Source: Candidatus Heimdallarchaeota archaeon
GTDB taxonomy: Archaea; Asgardarchaeota; Heimdallarchaeia; JABLTI01
Length of the DNA: 64,000 nucleotides
Direction: 5' to 3'
Assembly: GCA_018238155.1 (NCBI GenBank)
Contig: JABCTZ010000046.1
Span: 32,001-96,000 of the forward strand
This document shows, in pieces, positions 1 to 10,087 of the stretch. Under the pieces are notes generated by a model. That model worked only from the letters and a program-made list of their open reading frames with translations. It was not told where the DNA came from and ran no database searches. The first letter of the stretch is position 1; each line of letters opens with the position of its first letter. The position numbers and the translations under genes were made by a program.

Positions 1-792
1 CAAACTATCTCGAGTAAGAGTTCCTTCTTTTACAGCCATTTCAACTGCTTTTGATATCATTGCTCCCGAGGATAATTTGGCATGATGGAAATAGACTCTT
101 TCGGTGAGAAAATATCGTAACCGTAATAGATGTAAAATTTCTGATCGAGCATCAGATCGTTCCATTCGGTTTTTAACAAAATTTAGTACAAGCTTTCCTT
201 TTTCTACTATGAAATAACTTAGTACACGATTATCATAGTCTTTGTTAATACCTGTATGATAACAATCTCTTCGAATATAATCTAAGAGATCGGAGCAAAT
301 AGTATCGTTGATTATTTGGCTCATCCAACTCTCTCCTCCTGTATTGATTGTTGGATCTTTATTTGTTAATATTTTAACTAACTTGTTTTTTATTCCCATA
401 CTATTTAATTCATCACCTAACATTCCAACAGATAAATTACGCTTGAAATTTTCATCTTTATCATGTTTTTCGAAAATCTTCCGTTCATCTTCGAAAGTAT
501 GGCCATATGGAACGTGACTAATATCATGAACTAAACCTGCAATAGCAATCAATTCTTCTCTATCAGAACCAATTTCATAGCCATTCAATCGCAATGTTTG
601 AACTATTTTTTTAGCCAGAAAACTTGTTCCTAAGCTATGATCAAATCTGGTATGAGTTGCTCCTGGATAAACAAAGTGTGCTGTACCTAGTTGTTTTATT
701 CCACGTAATCTTTGTACTTCGGGGCAATCAATGATTTTTCGTTCATTTTCTGTGAATGACATATCACCATGAACTGGATCTCGAACAATCAA
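1..792 (-). CDS. HD-domain phosphohydrolase (SAMHD1/dNTPase-like), 3' end runs off the window
   Basis: Not in the ORF track. Manual minus-strand translation from TTG at 792 (AGGAG upstream) gives LIVRDPVHGDMSF...QRLRGIKQLGTAHFVYPGATHTRFDHSLG...GLVHDISHVPYGHTFE...DLLDYIRRD, the standard motifs of this family. Confidence 0.9.
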   Translation of the reverse strand, partial: MIVRDPVHGDMSFTENERKIIDCPEVQRLRGIKQLGTAHFVYPGATHTRFDHSLGTSFLAKKIVQTLRLNGYEIGSDREELIAIAGLVHDISHVPYGHTFEDERKIFEKHDKDENFKRNLSVGMLGDELNSMGIKNKLVKILTNKDPTINTGGESWMSQIINDTICSDLLDYIRRDCYHTGINKDYDNRVLSYFIVEKGKLVLNFVKNRMERSDARSEILHLLRLRYFLTERVYFHHAKLSSGAMISKAVEMAVKEGTLTRDSL

Positions 793-956
793 TTTTTCTT
801 TACTCCTTAAACTATTTCATTTTAAAATGGAAATAAGCGTAGCACTTTACTGTTTTTCAGCTATTAATCAATTGTTATTATATAATTTTCTTATTACTTT
901 ATTATTTTACCTTAATCGAAAAACAAAAATAGTATTTTGCATAGATTACATTCATT

Positions 957-1799
957 ATGAGAAAATTGCAGATTGCTGTAATAGGAAGCAAATCACTTGA
1001 TTTAAATATTGAATATGATAAAGCAGCTTGGGATTTTGCTTATAAAATCGGCTTTGCTCTTGGAAGAACAATTAATGTTGCTGTGATTACTAGTGGAAAT
1101 AAAGGTGTAACAGAAGCAGTAACCAAAGGAGTAAATGATGCAGGTGGTGTCTCAGTTGGAATTCTTGCAGGTAACTATAAAGAACAAGGAAACCCCGATT
1201 CTCATGTAAATATTGTAACAACTTTTGATGGACACAAACATTGTTGGCCATTGATCTATTCAAGTGATTGTGTGATATCTATTGGTGGAGGAGAAGAGAC
1301 AGGAATTCAAATATCTTTAGCAGTAGATTTGGGAATTCATGTGGTAATTTATTCTAAAGCAGGAGGGATTTCCTCAGAAGTATTTACTTCGTTAGAACCA
1401 ACTTTTCAAAAAATGCGCTCATCTCAGCTGGTCTATCTAGTAGATGATGAGGAAGAAGCTATTGACAGAGCTAAGAAATTTGCTAAAGAGCGAGCAACCA
1501 AAGAAATATATGTAGATGATAAAATTAGTGTTGATATTTCCCCTCAAATGATAACTTTGTGTAAAAAAGAAACCATTGCTATTCTCTTGCTTCTTAAGAA
1601 AAAGAAAACCTTGTCACCCCAAGAAATATCTGATGAGCTTAAAATCCCATTTATGATGGTTCAATCTTATATGCAAGAGCTTGATAGTCATGAAATTGTT
1701 CTAGCAAAAAAAACCATTGCAGATGAGCACTTATTCTCCATTAATCAAGACAACGAACAAGTTCGTAAATTTTTACTCTTACTCGATCTTGAAAAATAA
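957..1799 (+). CDS. SLOG/LOG (TIGR00725-like) nucleotide-binding domain fused to a C-terminal winged HTH
   Basis: IAVIGS...VITSGNKGVTEAVTKG...GGVSVGIL...SDCVISIGGG in the N-terminal part. The C-terminus (LSPQEISDELKIPFMMVQSYMQELDSHEIV) is ArsR-type wHTH-like. Confidence 0.75.
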   Translation: MRKLQIAVIGSKSLDLNIEYDKAAWDFAYKIGFALGRTINVAVITSGNKGVTEAVTKGVNDAGGVSVGILAGNYKEQGNPDSHVNIVTTFDGHKHCWPLIYSSDCVISIGGGEETGIQISLAVDLGIHVVIYSKAGGISSEVFTSLEPTFQKMRSSQLVYLVDDEEEAIDRAKKFAKERATKEIYVDDKISVDISPQMITLCKKETIAILLLLKKKKTLSPQEISDELKIPFMMVQSYMQELDSHEIVLAKKTIADEHLFSINQDNEQVRKFLLLLDLEK

Positions 1800-1872
1800 T
1801 TTAGAACAAAATTATGAAAAAAATTGACAATTAAAAAGAGAAATACTAATACTATTTACTTTTGAGAAAGTA

Positions 1873-2571
1873 TCAGCTGTGTTCTCGTAATGAATTGACA
1901 GTATAAATTAAATCATCAGGATTGTCTAAAAGCTCCTTCAGAGCTTTTTCTGGATTTGTTTGTTCCTTCAAGTAACGAGTTGTTAGCAGTAGAAGGTCGC
2001 CTTTAAAGCCAATTACACCATGAATTGGCAATCCACCTACACGAGATACTTCCTTTACAGTAATATGGTCTGCTGGTAGTGTAATAACATTAGCAGAATC
2101 TGATAGATCAAATGCAATTGTTTTACAAGGAAGCTTTTCATCCCATTTTCCTAAAGCAGTTAGATAATTCTTACCAAGAGCCAAATAAATCAAATCGGGT
2201 TTTTCCTTATTGATAATTTCTTGGTAATCCTCAGGAATATTCAATAATTCTGCCCGATCTATGATTTGATCTTTACTCATATCAGAAAATGAACAGTTAT
2301 ATGGAGGTAAAAGATCATTCTCACCTATTATTCCAAAGCCGGCTGATACTATATAATAACAAACCTCAAAATGATTTCTTAACAACCTCACTGCAGAGTT
2401 TGTACTTAAATTTAAAGCTCCTCTATACAAATCCTTGGCAGTTTTTTTCATTGGAAATTTAAGTAATATTTGTTCACGAGACTCTTTTGATGGTATTTCG
2501 CTACAGATTGGTTGATGTGGATATTGAATAGATTTTGTTTTACTACAAGAAGCAAGAACTAATATTTTCAA
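1873..2571 (-). CDS. DUF6884/YaaA-like protein
   Basis: SCSKTK...AKDLYRG...YIVSAGFGII...PPYNCSF pattern. Confidence 0.6.
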   Translation of the reverse strand: MKILVLASCSKTKSIQYPHQPICSEIPSKESREQILLKFPMKKTAKDLYRGALNLSTNSAVRLLRNHFEVCYYIVSAGFGIIGENDLLPPYNCSFSDMSKDQIIDRAELLNIPEDYQEIINKEKPDLIYLALGKNYLTALGKWDEKLPCKTIAFDLSDSANVITLPADHITVKEVSRVGGLPIHGVIGFKGDLLLLTTRYLKEQTNPEKALKELLDNPDDLIYTVNSLREHS

Positions 2572-2809
2572 GTAAACACCCTGTGAAATTGTTAGCTTAA
2601 ATATCTTTTACAAAATAGATAACTAAATACTTTTTCCCTTAGAAAAGGGTTATTGGAAATTTACACTATAAAGTATTTATTTTTTCCACATATGCCTCAA
2701 GAGTCAACTATATATTTGAATAGTATACCAAAAAAGTGTTTAAATAAATTGATATTAGATATTTAATAGTAACGACTAAAAATTGTTCCAATAAATCTGA
2801 GGTTCGATT

Positions 2810-3361
2810 ATGTCTGATAAAGAATTTATTAACATAGAAAAACGCGGAATGATCAAAGTTGGTATCGCCCGTATGGCTTTATTTCCAATAAGCGATCTCA
2901 ACGCATTGTATGACAAACTTGTAGAACTCATCGGTCCTGTAGCAAATAAAGCATTTTATTTAGCGGGAGTAGAAGGAGCAACGACATTCGGAAATCCAAT
3001 GTTTGATAGAGATATCTTACAGAAGAACGAGTCAGGTTACAATGCAGCTGTGGAAGCTTATTCTCAAGCGGGATTTGGTAACTTCTATGTTAAGGAATTT
3101 AATTTTGATGAAGGCACTGCTTTTGTATCAGGAACGGAAACTTTTGAAGCTTCAGATGGGCAACGACAAATTGTCGCTCAAATAAGATCAAATGGTCACT
3201 GTAATCACTCAAGAGGAGTTTTCGCTGCATTTATGAGACTTGTTACAAATCGCAAAGATATGGAATGCGTTGAAGTTAAGTGTGAAGCTTTAGGAGATGC
3301 AACTTGCGATTTCAAAATTGCCCCAAGAAAGGTATTAGAGAGAGAAGATTTCATTTTCTAA
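2810..3361 (+). CDS. V4R (4-vinyl reductase) domain protein
   Basis: AGFG...CNHSRGVFAAFM...CVEVKCEALGDATCDF motif. Confidence 0.85.
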   Translation: MSDKEFINIEKRGMIKVGIARMALFPISDLNALYDKLVELIGPVANKAFYLAGVEGATTFGNPMFDRDILQKNESGYNAAVEAYSQAGFGNFYVKEFNFDEGTAFVSGTETFEASDGQRQIVAQIRSNGHCNHSRGVFAAFMRLVTNRKDMECVEVKCEALGDATCDFKIAPRKVLEREDFIF

Positions 3362-3375
3362 GGAGATTTTCAAAA

Positions 3376-3741
3376 ATGTCAAAAACACGCCAAAAATTAG
3401 AAGGTATTTTGGAAAGGCTCGGACAAAGAACAGATATTACTTCTAGCGCTATTGTAACAATTGATGGTTTGATGATGGCTTCTGTTCTTCAAAATAAAAT
3501 TAATTCAGATGCTGTGTCCGCAATGTCAGCAGCAATGATTGCTCTTGGTACAAGAGTAGGGAAAGCTTTGAATCAGGGTTCCATTGAACAAGTTATAGTC
3601 AAAAGTGAAAAAGGTTATACCATTGCTGTTGAATGTGGAAGTACTGCTGCATTAGTTGCTTTAACAAATAAAGATGCTCAATTAGGGTTAATATTCTTTG
3701 AACTTAAAAAATCGGTTTTAGAAGCTCTTTCAATGCTTTAG
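3376..3741 (+). CDS. Roadblock/LC7 domain protein
   Basis: SAIVTIDGLMMAS...AVSAMSAAMIALG...IEQVIVKSEKG...AQLGLIFFE. Start moved to ATG 3376, which follows AGGAG. Confidence 0.9.
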   Translation: MSKTRQKLEGILERLGQRTDITSSAIVTIDGLMMASVLQNKINSDAVSAMSAAMIALGTRVGKALNQGSIEQVIVKSEKGYTIAVECGSTAALVALTNKDAQLGLIFFELKKSVLEALSML

Positions 3742-3849
3742 AAGCATAATTCATTTTCCATTTTAAAGTGAGTTCTTTCTAAAACATTTCAATTCAATTT
3801 TTAAAAAGCAAATAGATAAATAAAAAGAACAAAAGAGATATGGATCTCT

Positions 3850-6339
3850 CTATTCTTCAATTTCTGCAGTAACTTCTTCTCCAGCAGTAATTATTATTTC
3901 ACCAACATGTACTGGTAATTTTATTAAATGCTCAAATTCTTTGATTTGATCGATTTTATCACCTGGAACAGTCACTGTTGCAGATTTTATTGATTGATTC
4001 AAAGCTATTCTCTTTGTAGCTTTACATTGACGTATCTGTGCAATTAGCTCAATTAGTAATCCACCAAGCTCTGCTTTTTCTGGATCGAGTTTTCTTCGAT
4101 CCTTTGCAGGCCAAGAAGTTGCATGTATTGATATATCACCTATTTTATCTTTGAACATTTTCAAATAGATTTCTTCCGTTATATGCGGACAAAATGGAGC
4201 AAGTAATCGTAACACAGTCCATAGGGTATCTCGTAAAATACGCTTAACTGTTGCAGATCTAACAGTATCATCTGTTTTGAAGAACGATTTTACGCTCTCT
4301 AGATAGTTATCACAGAGTTTCCTCCAAGTGAATTCATGGATTTGTTGTAAACTAATATTAAATTCAAATTTGTCCAAGGCAGTAGTTATTTCTTTCCTTG
4401 TTTTTTCAAGTTCAGTTAATAACCAAATATCAATTGGTGAGTAATTTGATTTGCCATCTGGAACATCATCAATATAGATACTAAGATATCTTGAGACTGA
4501 CCAAAGTTTTTGTAAGAAGGATTTACCATATTGAGCTTTATCCCATTGAAATGGAAAATCATAGCCAACTTTCTTTCCTAAGATTGTCTGTCTAATAGCA
4601 TCTGCACCATATTTTTCTATTCCATCTCGAGGGTCAACTACATTTCCTTTCGATTTTGACATTTTCATTGAATCAGGACCCAGAACATGACCATTAATTA
4701 GAACACTGCCATAAGGCATCTTACCACCAGTTAATTTCAAAGTTCTAAACGTAGTGTATGTGTACCAAGTTCTGATTATATCATGCCCTTGCAATCTTAT
4801 GATATCATTTGATTTATTTGATATCCATCGCTTAGCAAACTCAGGTTCTTCATAATATCTTGTGATGGTTAAAGGCGTTAGACTCGAGTCTACCCAACAA
4901 TCACAAACATCTGTAGTTCCTTCAATATTCTTTGATCCACATTTTGGACATTTGGATACAGGTGAATCTGTTACAGAAGTATCAATTGGCAGCTCCATAT
5001 CCTCTGAAGGAGCTATAACTTCATTACAATCAGAACAACTCCAGAATGGTATTGGTGTTCCAAAAAGTCTTTGACGAGAGATTATCCAATCCCACTCCAA
5101 AGCTTGAATCCAATCTGTAGCTCGTTTTAGATACAGAGAAGGATACCATTTCATTTTCTTTGCTGCTTTGATTAGCTCTGGTGCAAATTCTTTCAATTTA
5201 ATCATGTATTGCTTCGTTGTGAGAAATTCCATAGGAGTTTCACAGTCACCTCGTTCGGTATGACAAAGAACCCTGTGTTTAATCCGTTCTTGTTTAGTGA
5301 TATAACCTTTCTCTTTCAAAGCGATGGATATTTCTCTTTGGGCATCTTTAAGCAACATCCCATCATATCGGAATCCTGTGCCAACTATTTTACCTTCAGG
5401 AGATACAATGCTTTTAATTGGCAAATTATGTCGTTGTTGCCATTTGATGTCTTGTTCATCACCGAAAGTACAATTCATTACTGCACCTGTGCCAAATTCC
5501 ATATCAACGTCTTCATCACTAATTATTGGAATGGTGCGACCAAAAATTGGTATGACTGCTTTTTTACTAAGATATTTTTTGAAACGTTTATCTTTTGGAT
5601 GAATTAAAATTGCTTGACAAGCAGGAATGAGTTCGGGACGTGAAGTGGCGATTTCAATAAAACTTTCTTCATCGTCTTCTATAGGGAATTTAACCCAATT
5701 CATAAATCCTTTTTTCTCAATGTAACCAGTTTCAGCTTGAGCAATGGTTGTTTCACAATGTGTGCACCACATATTTGGAAAGTTATCAAAATACACATCA
5801 TCCTTTTGATGCATTTCTAGAAGAGAATTTTGAACACGTTTTTGATAGGATAAATCCATCGTTCGATATTCAAATGCTTCCCAATCAGGACGATAACCAA
5901 TCTTGGCGATGACATCCTTCATATCTTGAATCATTAACTCAGTCCATTCTTTACACTTGGCTTTAAAATGAGCACGATCATCTCGAGAGATATTCCATTT
6001 ATATTGTACCTTTAGCTCAGTAGGTAATCCTTGAGTATCCCATCCTTGAGGAAGAAGCACATTATATCCTCTCATACGTTTGTATCGTCCGATTAAATCG
6101 GAAATGCTGCACCAATAAACGTGACCCATGTGGAGCAATCCACTTGTGAAGGGGGGAGGAGTATCAATAGCAAAAAGTGGTTTTTCAGTATCTTTAAAAT
6201 CAAATCCATATACTGCCTTATAATGCTCTTTTGTAGTCCACAAATCTTGTATTCTTTTTTCAGCTTCAGCTATTTTATAATGTTTTTCAAGTTTAGGTTG
6301 AGGACCATCACCATTTGTTTTCTGTTTTTTAGCATTCAT
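3850..6339 (-). CDS. valS: Valine--tRNA ligase (archaeal type)
   Basis: DTPPPF..G.LHMGH (HIGH), GWDTQGLPTE, DWIISRQR.FG.PIP and KMSKSKGN motifs. Confidence 0.95.
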   Translation of the reverse strand: MNAKKQKTNGDGPQPKLEKHYKIAEAEKRIQDLWTTKEHYKAVYGFDFKDTEKPLFAIDTPPPFTSGLLHMGHVYWCSISDLIGRYKRMRGYNVLLPQGWDTQGLPTELKVQYKWNISRDDRAHFKAKCKEWTELMIQDMKDVIAKIGYRPDWEAFEYRTMDLSYQKRVQNSLLEMHQKDDVYFDNFPNMWCTHCETTIAQAETGYIEKKGFMNWVKFPIEDDEESFIEIATSRPELIPACQAILIHPKDKRFKKYLSKKAVIPIFGRTIPIISDEDVDMEFGTGAVMNCTFGDEQDIKWQQRHNLPIKSIVSPEGKIVGTGFRYDGMLLKDAQREISIALKEKGYITKQERIKHRVLCHTERGDCETPMEFLTTKQYMIKLKEFAPELIKAAKKMKWYPSLYLKRATDWIQALEWDWIISRQRLFGTPIPFWSCSDCNEVIAPSEDMELPIDTSVTDSPVSKCPKCGSKNIEGTTDVCDCWVDSSLTPLTITRYYEEPEFAKRWISNKSNDIIRLQGHDIIRTWYTYTTFRTLKLTGGKMPYGSVLINGHVLGPDSMKMSKSKGNVVDPRDGIEKYGADAIRQTILGKKVGYDFPFQWDKAQYGKSFLQKLWSVSRYLSIYIDDVPDGKSNYSPIDIWLLTELEKTRKEITTALDKFEFNISLQQIHEFTWRKLCDNYLESVKSFFKTDDTVRSATVKRILRDTLWTVLRLLAPFCPHITEEIYLKMFKDKIGDISIHATSWPAKDRRKLDPEKAELGGLLIELIAQIRQCKATKRIALNQSIKSATVTVPGDKIDQIKEFEHLIKLPVHVGEIIITAGEEVTAEIEE

Positions 6340-6899
6340 TTCTATGCACCATTTCTATTTATTAGTTGAATTTTCAACCAATATTTCTAATTTGCCGAGT
6401 TGGAATATTTTAGTTTCAATCATGAAACGACTATGTCTTTTAATTTCGAGAAGCAAAAGTAATTATAAGCTTTTTTGCTTGTTCTGTGAAATCTTATTTG
6501 GTAGTAAAAATCTATTATAGACCTCGAAATAGAAGATTTGAGAAACCAAATATCTATTGTATTCTAAGATTTTCAACTTTATTTGAAAATGGTTTACAAT
6601 GAGTAGATCTAATTGAGCAAATTGATAAAAAAATAAGTCATTGAAAAAGGTACCATTTAATTCCAACTTGAAAAGACTCTTAGAAATTGATGTTTTTAAA
6701 ACCGACAGCAATACTTTGCTCCTCGAGTGTGCTCACTTCTTATCCTCCAAGAAGTTAATTTTCCTTAAAATCTCAGATTCAATGATTTTTTCTATATTAC
6801 TAATTTATAGCTTCTTAACTACTTCATTCTAAGTAAAAATTATTCAAAATTATTAATTAATATTTTATCCGTTAGGAAAGCAAAAAAAGAGGAATATAG

Positions 6900-6916
6900 G
6901 AAACGATTATCGTTTC
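6900..6916 (-). terminator. Inverted repeat directly after the stop of the TM2 gene
   Basis: GAAACGAT-T-ATCGTTTC, followed by a T-rich tract on the minus strand. Confidence 0.5.
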
Positions 6917-7117
6917 TTATTTACTCCAGAACCAGTTGGTACTGTTCTTTACAAAGAAAGTGTAGAGATCAATTATCCAACCAATTAAGAATAATCCAGC
7001 AGTAAAGAACCTGAGAATACCTGATAGCCATTTACCATGATACATACGGTGGAAACCACCTAAACCAATTAACTGTATAAGTAATAAGATAGTTGTTACT
7101 GTTTTATCTTTAGCTAT
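6917..7117 (-). CDS. Small TM2-domain membrane protein (missed by the ORF track; probable ATA start)
   Basis: Manual translation IAKDKTVTTILLLIQLIGLGGFHRMYHGKWLSGILRFFTAGLFLIGWIIDLYTFF...WFWSK* shows the TM2 signature G.HR.Y.G...G.....T.G.F.IGW.ID. It is a paralog of 7641..7868. Confidence 0.85.
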   Translation of the reverse strand: MAKDKTVTTILLLIQLIGLGGFHRMYHGKWLSGILRFFTAGLFLIGWIIDLYTFFVKNSTNWFWSK

Positions 7118-7236
7118 TTTTTTTTCACCATATTCTTATTTTAATATTGACAAAAATCAGTCAATAATCTATTTTTGTGGTTGTAATCATTTAGTATAAA
7201 TAGTAGAAAAACATAGTATATTGTGGAAGTATTAAA

Positions 7237-7584
7237 ATGAGTAAAAGTATTAATACATTAACTCGACAACTTAGAGATCTTAACGCAGATACACGTAGCA
7301 AAGCAGTGATGAATCTTGGAGAAATGGGAGCAGATGAAACTGTACCATCTATAATTAGTGCATTTAAAAAAGAACAAGATGAAAATGTTCGTTCTGTTTT
7401 TGCGGAAGCTTTTGCTCTTTTTGGACACTTTGATTCTGTTGTTAAAACATTGATTACCACTAAAAATAATGACGAAAGTGAAAAAGTAAAAATTTCTGCA
7501 GAGTGGTCTTTGGGACAAATTGCAAAGAAGCGCGGTTTTACAAACGTTCAAGAATTACTTGAAGATATTAATTCTCAAAAATAA
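7237..7584 (+). CDS. HEAT/PBS-lyase repeat protein
   Basis: D.NADTRSKAVMNLG...DENVRSVFAEAFA...EKVKISAEWSLG repeats. Confidence 0.8.
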   Translation: MSKSINTLTRQLRDLNADTRSKAVMNLGEMGADETVPSIISAFKKEQDENVRSVFAEAFALFGHFDSVVKTLITTKNNDESEKVKISAEWSLGQIAKKRGFTNVQELLEDINSQK

Positions 7585-7614
7585 CTATTCTTTATAAAAA
7601 AAGAAAAAATAGAA

Positions 7615-7635
7615 TCAATGATTATTTATCATTGA
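7615..7635. terminator. Inverted repeat between convergent genes
   Basis: TCAATGAT-N5-ATCATTGA. Confidence 0.45.
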
Positions 7636-7640
7636 ATCGT

Positions 7641-7868
7641 TTACTTTTGCCACATTAGTGGCTTATCCATTATTACATAAATAAGGTCGACTAAAACACC
7701 TATTCCAAAAAGTCCAACAGTGCACAGATATACTACACCAGATAAGTTGAAGCCTTTCATGAATCTATGAATTCCTAGGAAACCTAATAACCAGGTTATT
7801 AAAATATCTTTTACTTTATTTTCTTCAGCTATTTTTTTTACCTCATAAAATTGACTATCTGTAGTCAA
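7641..7868 (-). CDS. TM2-domain membrane protein (true start possibly ATA at 7832)
   Basis: LLGFLGIHRFMKG...GVVYLCTVGLFGIGVLVDL TM2 signature. Confidence 0.85.
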   Translation of the reverse strand: MTTDSQFYEVKKIAEENKVKDILITWLLGFLGIHRFMKGFNLSGVVYLCTVGLFGIGVLVDLIYVIMDKPLMWQK

Positions 7869-8335
7869 TGCCTTATTTATTATTTCATTATATAATAGTA
7901 TTTTCCTTCAATAGAAAAATAAGAAAAGGAAATTTTTCTTAAAGAGGGGTTTATGAAAAACACTTATTTTTATTGAAAGATATTGTAAATTCATTTTTTC
8001 AAAAATAACTAATATGAAGTTAATGATATAGTCTATATCAAAAAGTTTAGCTATTCATAATTAGACAGTTACTGAAAAATATCAACTTTGATATTGGATG
8101 TATAATATAATTTCATCAGTATACTTCAAAGGTAATTATAATTTCATCATTTTCTCTTGTAATTATTCTTTACTTCAACGATTTTACAATTTGGGTAATG
8201 AGTTTTTTGCGAATTAGATTAGATATTTCTCAGTGACTTTCTTACGAATTTATTATTTAGTATTCAACTACTTGGCACAATTAAACCCGAAATCTTATTT
8301 ATTATAGGATACTAACATTAAAATCAATTGAGAAG

Positions 8336-8644
8336 TTGATAAATATGGTTAAAGAACGAGATCCAATTATGGTAATTGTTTACACATTGTTAACTAGTGG
8401 TTTATACATTTATTATTGGTTTATTCAAACAAAAAATGAGATCAATGAACTGGGAGGAGAAATCCCTACAGCTTGGTTACTTCTTTTGCCTCTTGGCAAT
8501 ATTTACTGGATATGGAGATATCTTGAGGATTGGTATAAATTGACTAAATTTGAATATGAACATATTATTGTCTTTTTAGTTTTTATGACTGTCTCTCCAT
8601 TAGCTATTTATTGGATTCAAATTGAACTCAATAAACTTGCATAA
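8336..8644 (+). CDS. DUF4234-like small membrane protein
   Basis: R.P......LLTSGLYIYYWF....EIN...GNIYWIW pattern. Likely start is ATG 8345. Confidence 0.7.
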   Translation: MINMVKERDPIMVIVYTLLTSGLYIYYWFIQTKNEINELGGEIPTAWLLLLPLGNIYWIWRYLEDWYKLTKFEYEHIIVFLVFMTVSPLAIYWIQIELNKLA

Positions 8645-8877
8645 AACATCCAACCCTTTTTTTTACTTAATTCAAGAATATGCTAACATTTTTTTTCTGA
8701 ACAACTTCTATGTTTACATTGATAAATTAAAAAATTAGTCTATAAAAAATTCTATTTCTTATTGTCAATATTTTTGGATTGAGTAAGCATCTATATCATA
8801 TAGACCTCAGCAAACAAAAGGGGAGGCGAATCTTCCTCAAATCTTCTCTTAATCTCAATATGTCATTCTCTTGAAAT

Positions 8878-9834
8878 TCACTCATTTTCAATCCTTAGAA
8901 TTGGTTTTGCCTTGTTCCATGTTTTGTTAAATGTAGAATGAGCTTTTTTAACCATTTTAGAATCTCTAATCTCAATGATTAAATAAGTTCTAGGGTTTAA
9001 ACCTCCTATACCAATTGGGAACAGAATCTTATCATCACTGATTACGAAACTAGACAAAGTAGTAATGGGTTCTCTCAGTTCATAATTGATCATTTGAAAA
9101 TATTTTTGATAAAAAGCAGGTATTTTATTTATTTGAGTGAAATTGGCTACTTTTTTACTCTTGACATTAGAAAGCACTTTGAGAGTTATTTTTCCGTTTC
9201 TCTCATAATTTTTTTGCATGATTGTGGAAAATGATTTGAAATTTTCTTTTTGAAATTGTGCTTTAATCGAATCGAAGCTTAGCAAAGTTTCGAGGTTTGA
9301 GTTAGAAATCATAATAGATTTTGATTGAAATACTCGTTTCATATATCTCTGCAATCCCTCTGTATCAGTTTTGAAAATATCTACTATTGGATAAGGATTA
9401 AAGTTAATTATTGGAATCTTCGAAAGGCTAGTAGAATCTTGCCTTTTTTTCAGAAATTCCGGTAAGAAAGGATACGAAGCAGCCCATCGCCTCAGAAGTT
9501 CTTCTCGTGTATCCATAAAGAATTTACTTGCAAGTTCTTCTAAATTTTCTCTAGCCAAATTGATGGTATAGACTGGAGGTCTTTTAGAAACTCTGTCAAT
9601 CATTCCTTTCGCAAGCAATTGTGATACTTCTTCATAAACACGTGTTTTTGAAGCTTTCATTCCTTTTTCTTGCAAACTCTCAACTAATCCTGCTACAGTA
9701 TTCCCTCCATCCTCAACAAGTTGATTAAATATAGCAACAGCTAATTTTGATTGGAAAAGTTCCATTAAGAAATTATTTAGTTCTTTATTTGAATACGATA
9801 TCCCAGGCATGTTTTGCAGCTCTCTTTTCTTCAA
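8878..9834 (-). CDS. TrmB-family transcriptional regulator
   Basis: wHTH SKTRVYEEVSQLLAKGMIDRVSKRPPVY plus a C-terminal effector-type domain (SSFVISDDK...F..TW..A). Confidence 0.75.
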   Translation of the reverse strand: MKKRELQNMPGISYSNKELNNFLMELFQSKLAVAIFNQLVEDGGNTVAGLVESLQEKGMKASKTRVYEEVSQLLAKGMIDRVSKRPPVYTINLARENLEELASKFFMDTREELLRRWAASYPFLPEFLKKRQDSTSLSKIPIINFNPYPIVDIFKTDTEGLQRYMKRVFQSKSIMISNSNLETLLSFDSIKAQFQKENFKSFSTIMQKNYERNGKITLKVLSNVKSKKVANFTQINKIPAFYQKYFQMINYELREPITTLSSFVISDDKILFPIGIGGLNPRTYLIIEIRDSKMVKKAHSTFNKTWNKAKPILRIENE

Positions 9835-10087
9835 ACAAATATTCTATTATCACCAATGTGTATCATTTTCCTTTTAAAAATTCCGAAAAAAAGCGGAAAT
9901 TTTCTCTGGAAACCAAACAAAAAGAGTTCATTTCGAACTTCGATGTTTATAATTATATACGTTTTTCAATACTTGTAAATTAGTATCTAAACAAAAAGGA
10001 AGAAAAAATCTCAAAATATAAGAAAAAACTATTATTAATAGCAAAGATATAACCAAATTAGTTCAAAAATTAATAGGAGAATTTGAT

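Noticed and set aside
308-517. 69-aa plus-strand ORF
   Set aside because: It is antisense to the HD hydrolase gene, which has clear family motifs.
3304-3375. N-terminal extension of the roadblock ORF given in the track
   Set aside because: It overlaps the V4R gene, and ATG 3376 has a good SD and gives a normal-length domain.
6370-6895. Short ORFs (6463..6711, 6641..6832) and a possible valS leader RNA
   Set aside because: There are no recognisable protein motifs and no T-box or other structure that I could support.
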